Positions 9,449-17,899 of a stretch of 32,000 nucleotides of DNA are shown one piece after another. The stretch comes from an archaeon. GTDB lineage: Archaea; Iainarchaeota; Iainarchaeia; Iainarchaeales; CSSED10-239. The stretch lies in NCBI GenBank assembly GCA_035390665.1, contig DAOOUC010000003.1, forward strand, positions 90,001 to 122,000. Direction: 5' to 3'. The notes below the pieces were generated by a model. It saw only the letters and a program-made list of their open reading frames with translations, was not told the DNA's origin and did no database searches. Both the position numbers and the translations under genes were made by a program. The stretch's first letter is position 1; the number at the start of each line of letters is the position of its first letter.

Positions 9449-12400
9449 TTATTCTGTATTATTAAAGTTATTAATTATTAGCTCTTTTGTACCTATTGGC
9501 AAGTTTGTTTTTTCTTCTATCCATTGTATCTTTGTTGTGGATAAACTTTTAGAAATACATGCATTTCCTTCTCTTACTTGATTAAACATATCAAATATTG
9601 AATAAATGTCAGAAACATTTGAAATTATAGGAAGACTTGTTTCTCCAGAGGTATAATCTTTACCATAAAGTTTTGATAATTGATTATTTTCTAAATCTTG
9701 TATAGATAATCTTAAATTATCATAATCTGAATTTACTGGAAGATAGATCTTTGATTCTAATAAATATTTAGGTGTTAATTCATAACCGTATTTGTTTCTA
9801 AACTTATCTGTAGTTATAGTGTGCCTTAAATATTCATTTCCAAAACCAAATATTGAAATATCATCTATTGTATTATCATATCCTGCATCCATATAATCTT
9901 TCCAATTAAAGATTGTCATATCCCAATCAAAAGAATCGCTTTCACTATATTTTATTTTGTAACTAAAATTATTATCTTGTATATTATTTACTTTTGCAAA
10001 TATATTTATTGGCCTTGATGGTGTAAAATTTAATGCAAGTTGTATTTTTTCTGTTGTACTATTCATAGATAAATCAAATAATACTCCTTTTGAATTTAAT
10101 ACGTCTTGCACTTGCCAATCAATAAGATGACTTGTAGGATAATTTGCAGAAATTTCTGCAATTCCAGAACAATCTTGACCTGGACAATTCGCTTTTTTAT
10201 ATAACTTTATAGTTCCACTTTCTCTTTGTATTACTGGTATTAATTCTGCATAATCATAATTACCAACTATAGTTGAACCATATCCAATTCTGTGAGCTGT
10301 TACCTCGTCCTCTAATAATCCAAAGTCTCCATCCACTGGTATATAATAGAATAAATTGTCTTTATCTATAGGAATGCTTTGAATCAATTGTAATTTTATA
10401 ACTATGTCTGTTGTAAAATTAGAATTATAATTCTCTACTGTTAATTTATATTTTCCTACTTTTTTTGTAGGTGTTCCATCTTGATTTGTTTTTATTATTT
10501 CTAATGATTGTGAATGATTTGATTTTAGATAAGAATCTTGGAATGATTGGGTAATATTATGCGTTAAGAAATCATTATAGCTTTCTCTATAATCAGATAA
10601 AAGATCTTCTGAGATTCCATCATACATTAAATAAACATAATAATTATTGTCTTGTGGTTTATACCTTATACTATCTCCAATAAGTGTAAATATTGAATAT
10701 AATGCTTGAACAGAATCACAATGAATTTTATTGAAATCATAATCTAAATTTGTATCCATACATAAGCTGTTCCAATTTACTGATTCTTGCCCCCAATTAT
10801 AAAGTACTTTTGGAATACTTTCTGGGCCAGATTTACAAGATTCTGTGTCTTTAAAATTACAAGAACCTAATATGAATTGATCATTTCCACTTATTAATCC
10901 GCCTACTCCTAAACAGAAATTCCCTGTAAATCCATTATCACTTATAATGGTTTCGGGATCTTCTGGGATATAAGTCACTTGTACAATTAAATTTCTTGTT
11001 TCTTGTAATGTGTTATTATTTAAATTTAAATCAAAAGTTAATGACTTATTATATGTTTTATACCCTTCTGCATTTTGCATAAGATCAGTAAAGTTTCCAT
11101 CAATAGTTATTGGAACAGGTGTATTTGATATTTCTGTAGGTAAATCAAAAGTCATAGAAATTGGTAATGCATTAGGCATCTGGATTGTAGATAATGATAT
11201 ATTATAACTTTTGGTTTTATTTTTAAAAGTATATACTTTATTTAACTTACAATCAGAAATACTTTTACAAGGAATATTTATTTGTGATCCTTGAGTTGTT
11301 AATTCATAGGCTTTATTTTTTGGATATATTATTATTTTTAATGGAATTTCATAATTAAAAGATTCATTAGGATTTCCTATTTTTATTTGTAGATTTATAT
11401 TTTTTTCTGTAATTTGGTTTATTTGATTGTCTATTAAAGTAAAAATAAAATTAATATTTCCTACAACTTTATTTGATTCAGAAATAACTGTATTTGCTTG
11501 ACTAAAACTTATAATGTTAGTCAAATCATCTCCGGTTGTTGAAATTTCTAAAATTTGGTAATTTTGTGAATTATCAAAAGATAAATCTAAATAATATTCT
11601 AAAGTTCTATTTGTAGAAATATCTGTAATTAATTCTAGTCCTGATCCATTACTATCAGTATAAAAACCGTTATCTTCTGTTATAAACATAGATTCGTCAG
11701 TTAATACTATTCTTTTAATTTTTATATTGGAAGATGCAACTCTGTATATTGTTGTTGGCTCTTGGTTCCCTTGATTTTGCAAAGTAAAAAGATTATTATA
11801 TTCAAAATCTATATTTGTGTCTGTTGTATTAATGTCTATTAAAGCACTTGCTAAAATGTCTGTATCTGCTATAAGTGTTCTAGGCAATTGATTATCTAAT
11901 ATTAATTTTTGATTAATCTCTTCTGTTAATAATCCGTTGACAGCTGTTGTTGAAATATCTTCAAGTATTGTTGATCTGCCGGTTTTATTTTTTATTATGT
12001 AATTGTTGTTTGTTTCAGATATTTTCTTTATTCCATTTAATTCAGTTATAATTACTGGGAATTTTAATTTATTTTCATTAGTTATCAATTGATTATTTGT
12101 ATCATAAAGATCGATTCCTGACCCGATATTTAAAGACAATTCTAATTCGTTGTTTGGAAGATTGGAATTTGGAATTGTATATATAAATTTGATTGTTTTT
12201 CCTGAATCTGCATCTGCAATAAATATTTGAGTATTTAAATAATTATTTGTAATTTCTCCAATATCTGTTGGAACGGTTTCTCCAGAAATTATATATCTTA
12301 CGGATATTCCATTTTGGAATTGCCCGGTTTTGTTTTTTAAACTAATGTTTAAATCATTTAAACCAATGTATATTTTATTATCTGTTGCTTGAGATTTAAC

Positions 12401-15400
12401 TTCAGGAACATAATCGTTTTGTGCATAGGATAAAATATTTGTTGTAGTTGTTTCAAGTATTGAATTTTGAGCATTTCTAAATAATTGAGTTTTAATACTT
12501 GGTTGAGCAGCTAATGAAAAGAAATCAATTGGTTTTCCTATAGCTTGATTAGTAAAATAATATCCTCTTGTGGTTGTTTTTTCTGGAATAATTACAGATA
12601 AATTATTATCCAATAATTGAATTTGTGCAGTATTATTTATTTTGTCTTTAAAACTATTTTTAGAAAATAAATACTTTTCGTTTGTATTTGCAGTATTTAC
12701 AATTATATCTCCGGTTCTATTCGTTTCTCCGAATTGAATAAAATCAAAACTATAATTGTAATCTTTATCTATATAAAGAATATAGTCTGATCCAAATTTT
12801 TCTAATTCTCCATTATTATCATATAATTTAATATTATAAGAATAATTATTACTATCAAATGGAATTGATTGAGAAGTGGTAGATGCGTAGAAATAACCTT
12901 CTGGTCTTATTGTCCAATCTTGCCAATTTGAAACTGTTGGAGAAAAGGAGAAAGATTCTAAATCTGAATTAATGGATCTATAATAAATTTTATAATTATC
13001 TGGATTTGTTATTTCGTTTTTAAATTTTATATTTATTGAATATTCAATAATATTTGGTTCGATATCACTAAAATCAAACTCTGTCCATTTATATTTTCCT
13101 GAAACACATTGATTGCCGGATACATCAGAAGAATAATTAGTATTAAAGTAATTATTATCCCAATGATTTAAGGTTCCACTATATCTGCAACCCGTATTAA
13201 GTTCTGTATTTTCTGGAACAAATAAATTTGTATTAACTAAATATATATAATCGTCATTTTGAGTTAAATATTGCCCTGCTTTTACAAAAACTTTCTTTAA
13301 AACATCTTGATTACTTGAACCAAAAACGGTTTTGAACTTTAATTTATATTCTTTTGTAATATCGTTATTGCCAATAAAACCAATTTTATTTATTTTTATT
13401 GTTCCAGTGGAATCATATAATCCTAAATATTCTGTTGTTGTTTGAATAGAAGACAATGTTGTAGGAAAAGAAATTTCTTTGTTAGTTGTTTGTCCAGGAA
13501 ATAATGTTATTAAATCTGTTTGATAAATAATATCATCTTTTTTAGTCTTTAAATAAATACGGGAACAATTTTCACAATTAAAAACAAATGTTTTATTTGA
13601 ATCTCCTGGGGCACTTGCAATAATTATATTTTCTTTAGATATTTCTTCTCCAGTTATATCAAAGAAGGAGAAATTATAATCATTCTGATTTGGTGTGATT
13701 TTTAGATTTAATGCTCTTGCTTGATTCCCTAAATTAATATTTAATTCTAATACTTCATTATTATCTAATTCCAAAGATGGCAATGAATCTCCGTCTGCGT
13801 TTTCATTCCTTAGTATAGCATAAGCATAATATTCTTTATTACTTCTTACTAAATTAAAATTAACATCTCCATTTAGATTTGTAGTTCTTGGGCTTTCTGG
13901 ATTATATGCTATATATTCTCCATCTAGTTCATAAAATAAATAAACCAAAGCATTTGCTCTATTGTATTCGTCTTTTTTTACATTTACTTTTATTGTTCCA
14001 CTATTTAATGCAGAAGAATATTCCAATGGTATTTCAATTGTTTTATTTCCGTCAGATAATCCGTTTATATCTTGGGGATTTGACGAAATATAGCCACTAT
14101 CTTCTGTATTAGAAACAACAATTCTGTAATTTTTATTTCTTATTAAAACAAAAGTTGTTTGATTAATATCTATTCTTGTGCCTATTAATGTAGAAATATT
14201 GCCATCTCTTCTATAGATTGAAATATTTCCAATAACTGGTTGATTTGTATTTTGGTCTTTTAATTTAATTGTAAGATTACTTAATTGTCCTACAATACAT
14301 CCATTTCCATTTGGATTTGGAGTAACAATTCCAGATAATAATGGACTTGCACAATTAATACTTCCATTACTACAAAATGCACTATATATTGGATTAGTAC
14401 AATTAATATTTTCTAAATCTTCTGCAGTAAAAATAATTAAATCAGCATTTGCTAAATTATCATTAACAACTGTATATGGCCCAAACTTAGGCAAAGTAAT
14501 ATATCCTATTTTATCTACTGAAATTAAATAATTTGATTGAGCTAATTTAAATTTATATTTACCATATGTGTCTGTTGTCCCAGTACTAATTGCCATTTCA
14601 GATTCATTAACAGTAGTTATAGGGTCATCAATTGCATAAACCTTTAAATTTGTATTTGGTATTGCAACCCCGTTTGAATTTTTCACCGTTACTTCTAAGG
14701 TTCCTGTATTTGAATTTATTTTTTTCATTTCAACTATATTGCTTTCAGGGATTTCTCTATCTGTAATTAATTCATAATTATTTGAAACAACACTTACTAA
14801 TAATTGACCACAATTTTTAGGTTGAATAACATTTTGTCTTCCATTTGTTACTGTTGCGGTTTTGGGTTGTGGAACATCTAAATCTGTAGAACATTTAAAG
14901 GTAGCATTTAAAACATCATTAATTAGTACATCATAATTTTTAAAAATTATTTCTCTTCTCTTTTCTGAATTTTGACCAGGGTATTCAAATTTTTTAGGAT
15001 CAAGTCTTAGTTTAATTGTTTGCTCTATATATTTTTGATTTAAATTTATTGTTGATTCAAATCTTAAATAATTTTCTTTAGTTATTGTTAATTCAAGTTT
15101 TCTAGATTTTAATTCTTGAAATTCAATATATCCGAAAGCATCTGTATTTTTTGTTTCTTCCTGCCCATTATAATTTATTTTAACAACTGCATCTTTTAAG
15201 GATAAACCTTGTTCGTCAGTAACATATATAGCTAATGATTTTGACGAAGGGCCAGATACTAGAACGATTATAATTATTATTAAAATTACTGCTACACCAA
15301 TTAAAGGGATTTTAAATTTATTAAATAAAGATTTAAAATCTGGTTTTGATTTTGAATTTACGGGCTTATTTTTAGAATCATCAACTTTTTGTTTAATTTC

Positions 15401-15424
15401 TTCCAGTATTTTATTTTGATCCAT
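9449..15424 (-). CDS. Giant signal-anchored surface protein (1991 aa) with tandem beta-sandwich repeats and a conserved Cys/Trp C-terminal module.
   Basis: Track ORF with ATG start, preceded by AGGA (15431..15434) with a 6-nt spacer. N-terminus is about 40 aa polar, then the anchor IPLIGVAVILIIIIIVLV. Repeats fit the carboxypeptidase-regulatory-like pattern, e.g. LAIYVTDEQGLSLKDAVVKINYNG..TDAFGYIEFQEL and LEVTVKNSNGVAIPNTNLKVYAID...TDTYGKYKFKL..SNYLISVDKIGY. Full-length paralogy with 1..5627. Confidence 0.92.
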   Translation of the reverse strand: MDQNKILEEIKQKVDDSKNKPVNSKSKPDFKSLFNKFKIPLIGVAVILIIIIIVLVSGPSSKSLAIYVTDEQGLSLKDAVVKINYNGQEETKNTDAFGYIEFQELKSRKLELTITKENYLRFESTINLNQKYIEQTIKLRLDPKKFEYPGQNSEKRREIIFKNYDVLINDVLNATFKCSTDLDVPQPKTATVTNGRQNVIQPKNCGQLLVSVVSNNYELITDREIPESNIVEMKKINSNTGTLEVTVKNSNGVAIPNTNLKVYAIDDPITTVNESEMAISTGTTDTYGKYKFKLAQSNYLISVDKIGYITLPKFGPYTVVNDNLANADLIIFTAEDLENINCTNPIYSAFCSNGSINCASPLLSGIVTPNPNGNGCIVGQLSNLTIKLKDQNTNQPVIGNISIYRRDGNISTLIGTRIDINQTTFVLIRNKNYRIVVSNTEDSGYISSNPQDINGLSDGNKTIEIPLEYSSALNSGTIKVNVKKDEYNRANALVYLFYELDGEYIAYNPESPRTTNLNGDVNFNLVRSNKEYYAYAILRNENADGDSLPSLELDNNEVLELNINLGNQARALNLKITPNQNDYNFSFFDITGEEISKENIIIASAPGDSNKTFVFNCENCSRIYLKTKKDDIIYQTDLITLFPGQTTNKEISFPTTLSSIQTTTEYLGLYDSTGTIKINKIGFIGNNDITKEYKLKFKTVFGSSNQDVLKKVFVKAGQYLTQNDDYIYLVNTNLFVPENTELNTGCRYSGTLNHWDNNYFNTNYSSDVSGNQCVSGKYKWTEFDFSDIEPNIIEYSINIKFKNEITNPDNYKIYYRSINSDLESFSFSPTVSNWQDWTIRPEGYFYASTTSQSIPFDSNNYSYNIKLYDNNGELEKFGSDYILYIDKDYNYSFDFIQFGETNRTGDIIVNTANTNEKYLFSKNSFKDKINNTAQIQLLDNNLSVIIPEKTTTRGYYFTNQAIGKPIDFFSLAAQPSIKTQLFRNAQNSILETTTTNILSYAQNDYVPEVKSQATDNKIYIGLNDLNISLKNKTGQFQNGISVRYIISGETVPTDIGEITNNYLNTQIFIADADSGKTIKFIYTIPNSNLPNNELELSLNIGSGIDLYDTNNQLITNENKLKFPVIITELNGIKKISETNNNYIIKNKTGRSTILEDISTTAVNGLLTEEINQKLILDNQLPRTLIADTDILASALIDINTTDTNIDFEYNNLFTLQNQGNQEPTTIYRVASSNIKIKRIVLTDESMFITEDNGFYTDSNGSGLELITDISTNRTLEYYLDLSFDNSQNYQILEISTTGDDLTNIISFSQANTVISESNKVVGNINFIFTLIDNQINQITEKNINLQIKIGNPNESFNYEIPLKIIIYPKNKAYELTTQGSQINIPCKSISDCKLNKVYTFKNKTKSYNISLSTIQMPNALPISMTFDLPTEISNTPVPITIDGNFTDLMQNAEGYKTYNKSLTFDLNLNNNTLQETRNLIVQVTYIPEDPETIISDNGFTGNFCLGVGGLISGNDQFILGSCNFKDTESCKSGPESIPKVLYNWGQESVNWNSLCMDTNLDYDFNKIHCDSVQALYSIFTLIGDSIRYKPQDNNYYVYLMYDGISEDLLSDYRESYNDFLTHNITQSFQDSYLKSNHSQSLEIIKTNQDGTPTKKVGKYKLTVENYNSNFTTDIVIKLQLIQSIPIDKDNLFYYIPVDGDFGLLEDEVTAHRIGYGSTIVGNYDYAELIPVIQRESGTIKLYKKANCPGQDCSGIAEISANYPTSHLIDWQVQDVLNSKGVLFDLSMNSTTEKIQLALNFTPSRPINIFAKVNNIQDNNFSYKIKYSESDSFDWDMTIFNWKDYMDAGYDNTIDDISIFGFGNEYLRHTITTDKFRNKYGYELTPKYLLESKIYLPVNSDYDNLRLSIQDLENNQLSKLYGKDYTSGETSLPIISNVSDIYSIFDMFNQVREGNACISKSLSTTKIQWIEEKTNLPIGTKELIINNFNNTE

Positions 15425-15438
15425 AGGTTTTCCTATTT

Positions 15439-17463
15439 TTAATTATTAAATAATTCTCTTAAAGGAACAAAAGGAAACTCAAATTCTTTAGAGTTATTCC
15501 CAATAGTTATTTTTCCTTTCAATATATATTCTTGACCATAACAGAAAAGATATTCATCTTCTGCTAAATCATTTCTATCTTCATCTTGTGATGATCCAAA
15601 CCACACAAGTTTATTTTTTTCTAATTTAAACTCTCTCATTCCTATTTTATCATTCATTTCTGAAGAAATTTCTTCTTTATTTGTATAAATTGGTTGTAAG
15701 GTATTATCTATTCTTTTAGTATAATATATTTGATTTGTTACTGGATTAAAATAAAATATTTTTAAATCTCCAGGAAGTATTTTCCCATTAACATTTGAAT
15801 AAATATTATATTCTCTTGTATATCTATTAACTTCGTCAGTAAGATCTATAACTTCACAATGAGGACAATATCTATAATTAACTGACGTTCCGGCAGGTAA
15901 GAAAGAATTTATGCTTTCAATATTTGTTGCATAAATATTTGTTCCTCCATTTAGATTATAAGTTACTTGACTTGGTTGAATATAACAACCAGATAAATCT
16001 ATAGAGTTATTAAAAATTGGGTGTTCTGGTTCTGATTTAATATTTATAGATTTTGGAAGATAAGATCCATTCTTTAAATTATTAATATTAACATTAGTAA
16101 CGGTTATTCCTAAATCTAATAATTTACGCATATACCCTGTATCCCCCGATTCGCCCCCATCATCGGTATTATTATTTGCTTGGGCCGTTGCAGCTAACTG
16201 ATAATCTGCTAAACTAAAATTTAATTGAGATATAATTTCTATTCCAGGATATGTATTTTCTAAAAAATTAATATCTATATTTCCTAAAGTTCCTGGAAAT
16301 CCAAAAGGTTTATCTAATTCGTGATTAGTACAGGTTCCATCAGCAACATTTCGTTTTCCTAATTCTCCTGATTTTAAATTAAGTTTAAAATTAGGGGACC
16401 TATTAATTAATGTTGTTATATTTAAATCCGAAACATCTCCGCCATTACCACTATCTCCATGGTAATCGTGTTCTCCATCATTACCCTCGCCCCAATCACA
16501 ATCATTATCCCCCGCAAATCTGCTTGTTCCTGCCCAGCCACCATTTCCTGCAATTGCTTGCATGGAGAAATCTCCTTGATTTTTTATTAATTTTATTTCA
16601 TTTATATTTATATTTCCTGCATGCCCTCCATTCCCACCATTAAATGAATCGTCTGCAGAATCATCTTTAGGAGAATGACTTCCATTTCCGCCATTTCCTG
16701 TTTTTAAGATTATATTCAAATTATTATTATTCTCGATATTCTGAATTCTAAGATTTAAATTTCCAGAAGATCCTCCTGGTCTTCCGTGTCTTTCTTCTGC
16801 ATCATCTTCGCTATGTGGTTGTCCGCCTTTTCCTCCATTTCCGGTTCCTAATTCAACAATTGAATTCCCAAAATTTATAAAATTTTTAAATGAAATTATT
16901 AAATCGCCTGAAGATATCCCGTCTGTTCCATCGTCTCCTTCACTATCTCCATCTGTTCCATTTTTTCCATCATTTGTTTTTATTTTTATTTCCAATTTAG
17001 AATTAGGTTTTACTGTAATATCTTTAGTTATAAAATTTATTTTAATTGAACTACTTGAAAATGATTCAGATAAATTTTTAATTTTTGCATCTGAATTTGA
17101 TTCAACTATTATGTTTGAAAGATTAATATCTAAACTTTTTGAATTATCTATCACTATATTAGAAGAACCAGATATCACTAAATTCCAATTAGTATCATTC
17201 ATATTTAAATTTTCTTTAACCCAAATTGTTTTTGCATTTAAGTTTAAATTGATTGCATAGTCTTCACAACCGGATAAATTAAATAATTTAGATGTGCTTG
17301 ATTCTAATGGTGTTGTATTAACATTACATTCACAGATTTTAGTTGTGTTATCACAAGAATTACAAGTTATTCCATTTACAATTCCAGAAATAGCACAAGC
17401 AAATATTGGATTTACAAATATAATAAATGTTATTAAAAGTATAAATATTTTTACATATTTCAT
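15439..17463 (-). CDS. Secreted (possibly lipid-anchored) Gly/Asn/Asp-rich repeat protein (674 aa), putative beta-solenoid. Paralog of 5630..7771.
   Basis: Track ORF with ATG start. Signal peptide MKYVKIFILLITFIIFVNPIFA|CAISG; the Cys at +1 is loosely lipobox-like. Acidic tract NDGKNGTDGDSEGDDGTDG, then periodic units LGTGNGGKGGQ..., ILKTGNGGNGSH..., AIAGNGGWAG... and SGNGGDVSDLNIT. The C-terminal third is collinear with the 713-aa ORF (NGSYLPKS, YCPHCEV, EFKLEKNKL, LFCYGQEYI). Confidence 0.9.
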   Translation of the reverse strand: MKYVKIFILLITFIIFVNPIFACAISGIVNGITCNSCDNTTKICECNVNTTPLESSTSKLFNLSGCEDYAINLNLNAKTIWVKENLNMNDTNWNLVISGSSNIVIDNSKSLDINLSNIIVESNSDAKIKNLSESFSSSSIKINFITKDITVKPNSKLEIKIKTNDGKNGTDGDSEGDDGTDGISSGDLIISFKNFINFGNSIVELGTGNGGKGGQPHSEDDAEERHGRPGGSSGNLNLRIQNIENNNNLNIILKTGNGGNGSHSPKDDSADDSFNGGNGGHAGNININEIKLIKNQGDFSMQAIAGNGGWAGTSRFAGDNDCDWGEGNDGEHDYHGDSGNGGDVSDLNITTLINRSPNFKLNLKSGELGKRNVADGTCTNHELDKPFGFPGTLGNIDINFLENTYPGIEIISQLNFSLADYQLAATAQANNNTDDGGESGDTGYMRKLLDLGITVTNVNINNLKNGSYLPKSINIKSEPEHPIFNNSIDLSGCYIQPSQVTYNLNGGTNIYATNIESINSFLPAGTSVNYRYCPHCEVIDLTDEVNRYTREYNIYSNVNGKILPGDLKIFYFNPVTNQIYYTKRIDNTLQPIYTNKEEISSEMNDKIGMREFKLEKNKLVWFGSSQDEDRNDLAEDEYLFCYGQEYILKGKITIGNNSKEFEFPFVPLRELFNN
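16279..16974 (-). repeat. Gly/Asn/Asp-rich periodic coding repeat in the 674-aa protein. Locally GC-rich.
   Basis: aa ~164-395. Same unit architecture as 6416..7177. The antisense frame yields track ORF 16410..16643. Confidence 0.75.
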
Positions 17464-17490
17464 ATTTTTTCTTCTCTTATAATATTAAAA

Positions 17491-17889
17491 TTATGATTGC
17501 TTAAATGGGAAAGTTAAAGAAATATTTTGATCTTGTTCACCATATTTTAGTGTTGATGAAATAAAATAAAATTTAAAGAAATCTTTAGCAACTAATATTT
17601 GTACATCTTTTGTTGCATCTTTGTTTCTTATAAAGAATAGTTTTCCCGTATCTGAGTTTTTACAAGTACTGTAAATATTTATTTGCGGTAAGTTTTGCCC
17701 GGGATAAAATTTACTTGCGGTAAAATTGCCTGAACAGTTAATTAAGTTATCTGGATCTTCAATTTTACCGAAAACAATAGGATAAATGTTTCTGTTTTCT
17801 GTAGGAAATGATATCCAATCTTCTGCAAAGACAAATCTAACATTAACTAACAGAAACAACAATAGCATTATTTTAAAATATTTTTTCAT
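17491..17889 (-). CDS. Small secreted hypothetical protein (132 aa).
   Basis: Track ORF with ATG start 10 nt after the upstream stop. Signal peptide MKKYFKIMLLLFLLVNVRFVFA|ED. Two Cys residues. The C-terminal end ...FFKFYF...NISLTFPFKQS resembles the C-terminus of 7777..9276 (...QFKFKL...NLYYPFKIYK). Confidence 0.75.
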   Translation of the reverse strand: MKKYFKIMLLLFLLVNVRFVFAEDWISFPTENRNIYPIVFGKIEDPDNLINCSGNFTASKFYPGQNLPQINIYSTCKNSDTGKLFFIRNKDATKDVQILVAKDFFKFYFISSTLKYGEQDQNISLTFPFKQS

Positions 17890-17899
17890 TTTATCCCAT

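Noticed and set aside
16410-16643. Plus-strand 77-aa His/Pro-rich ORF
   Set aside because: The same artefact: antisense of the Gly/Asp-rich core of the 674-aa gene.
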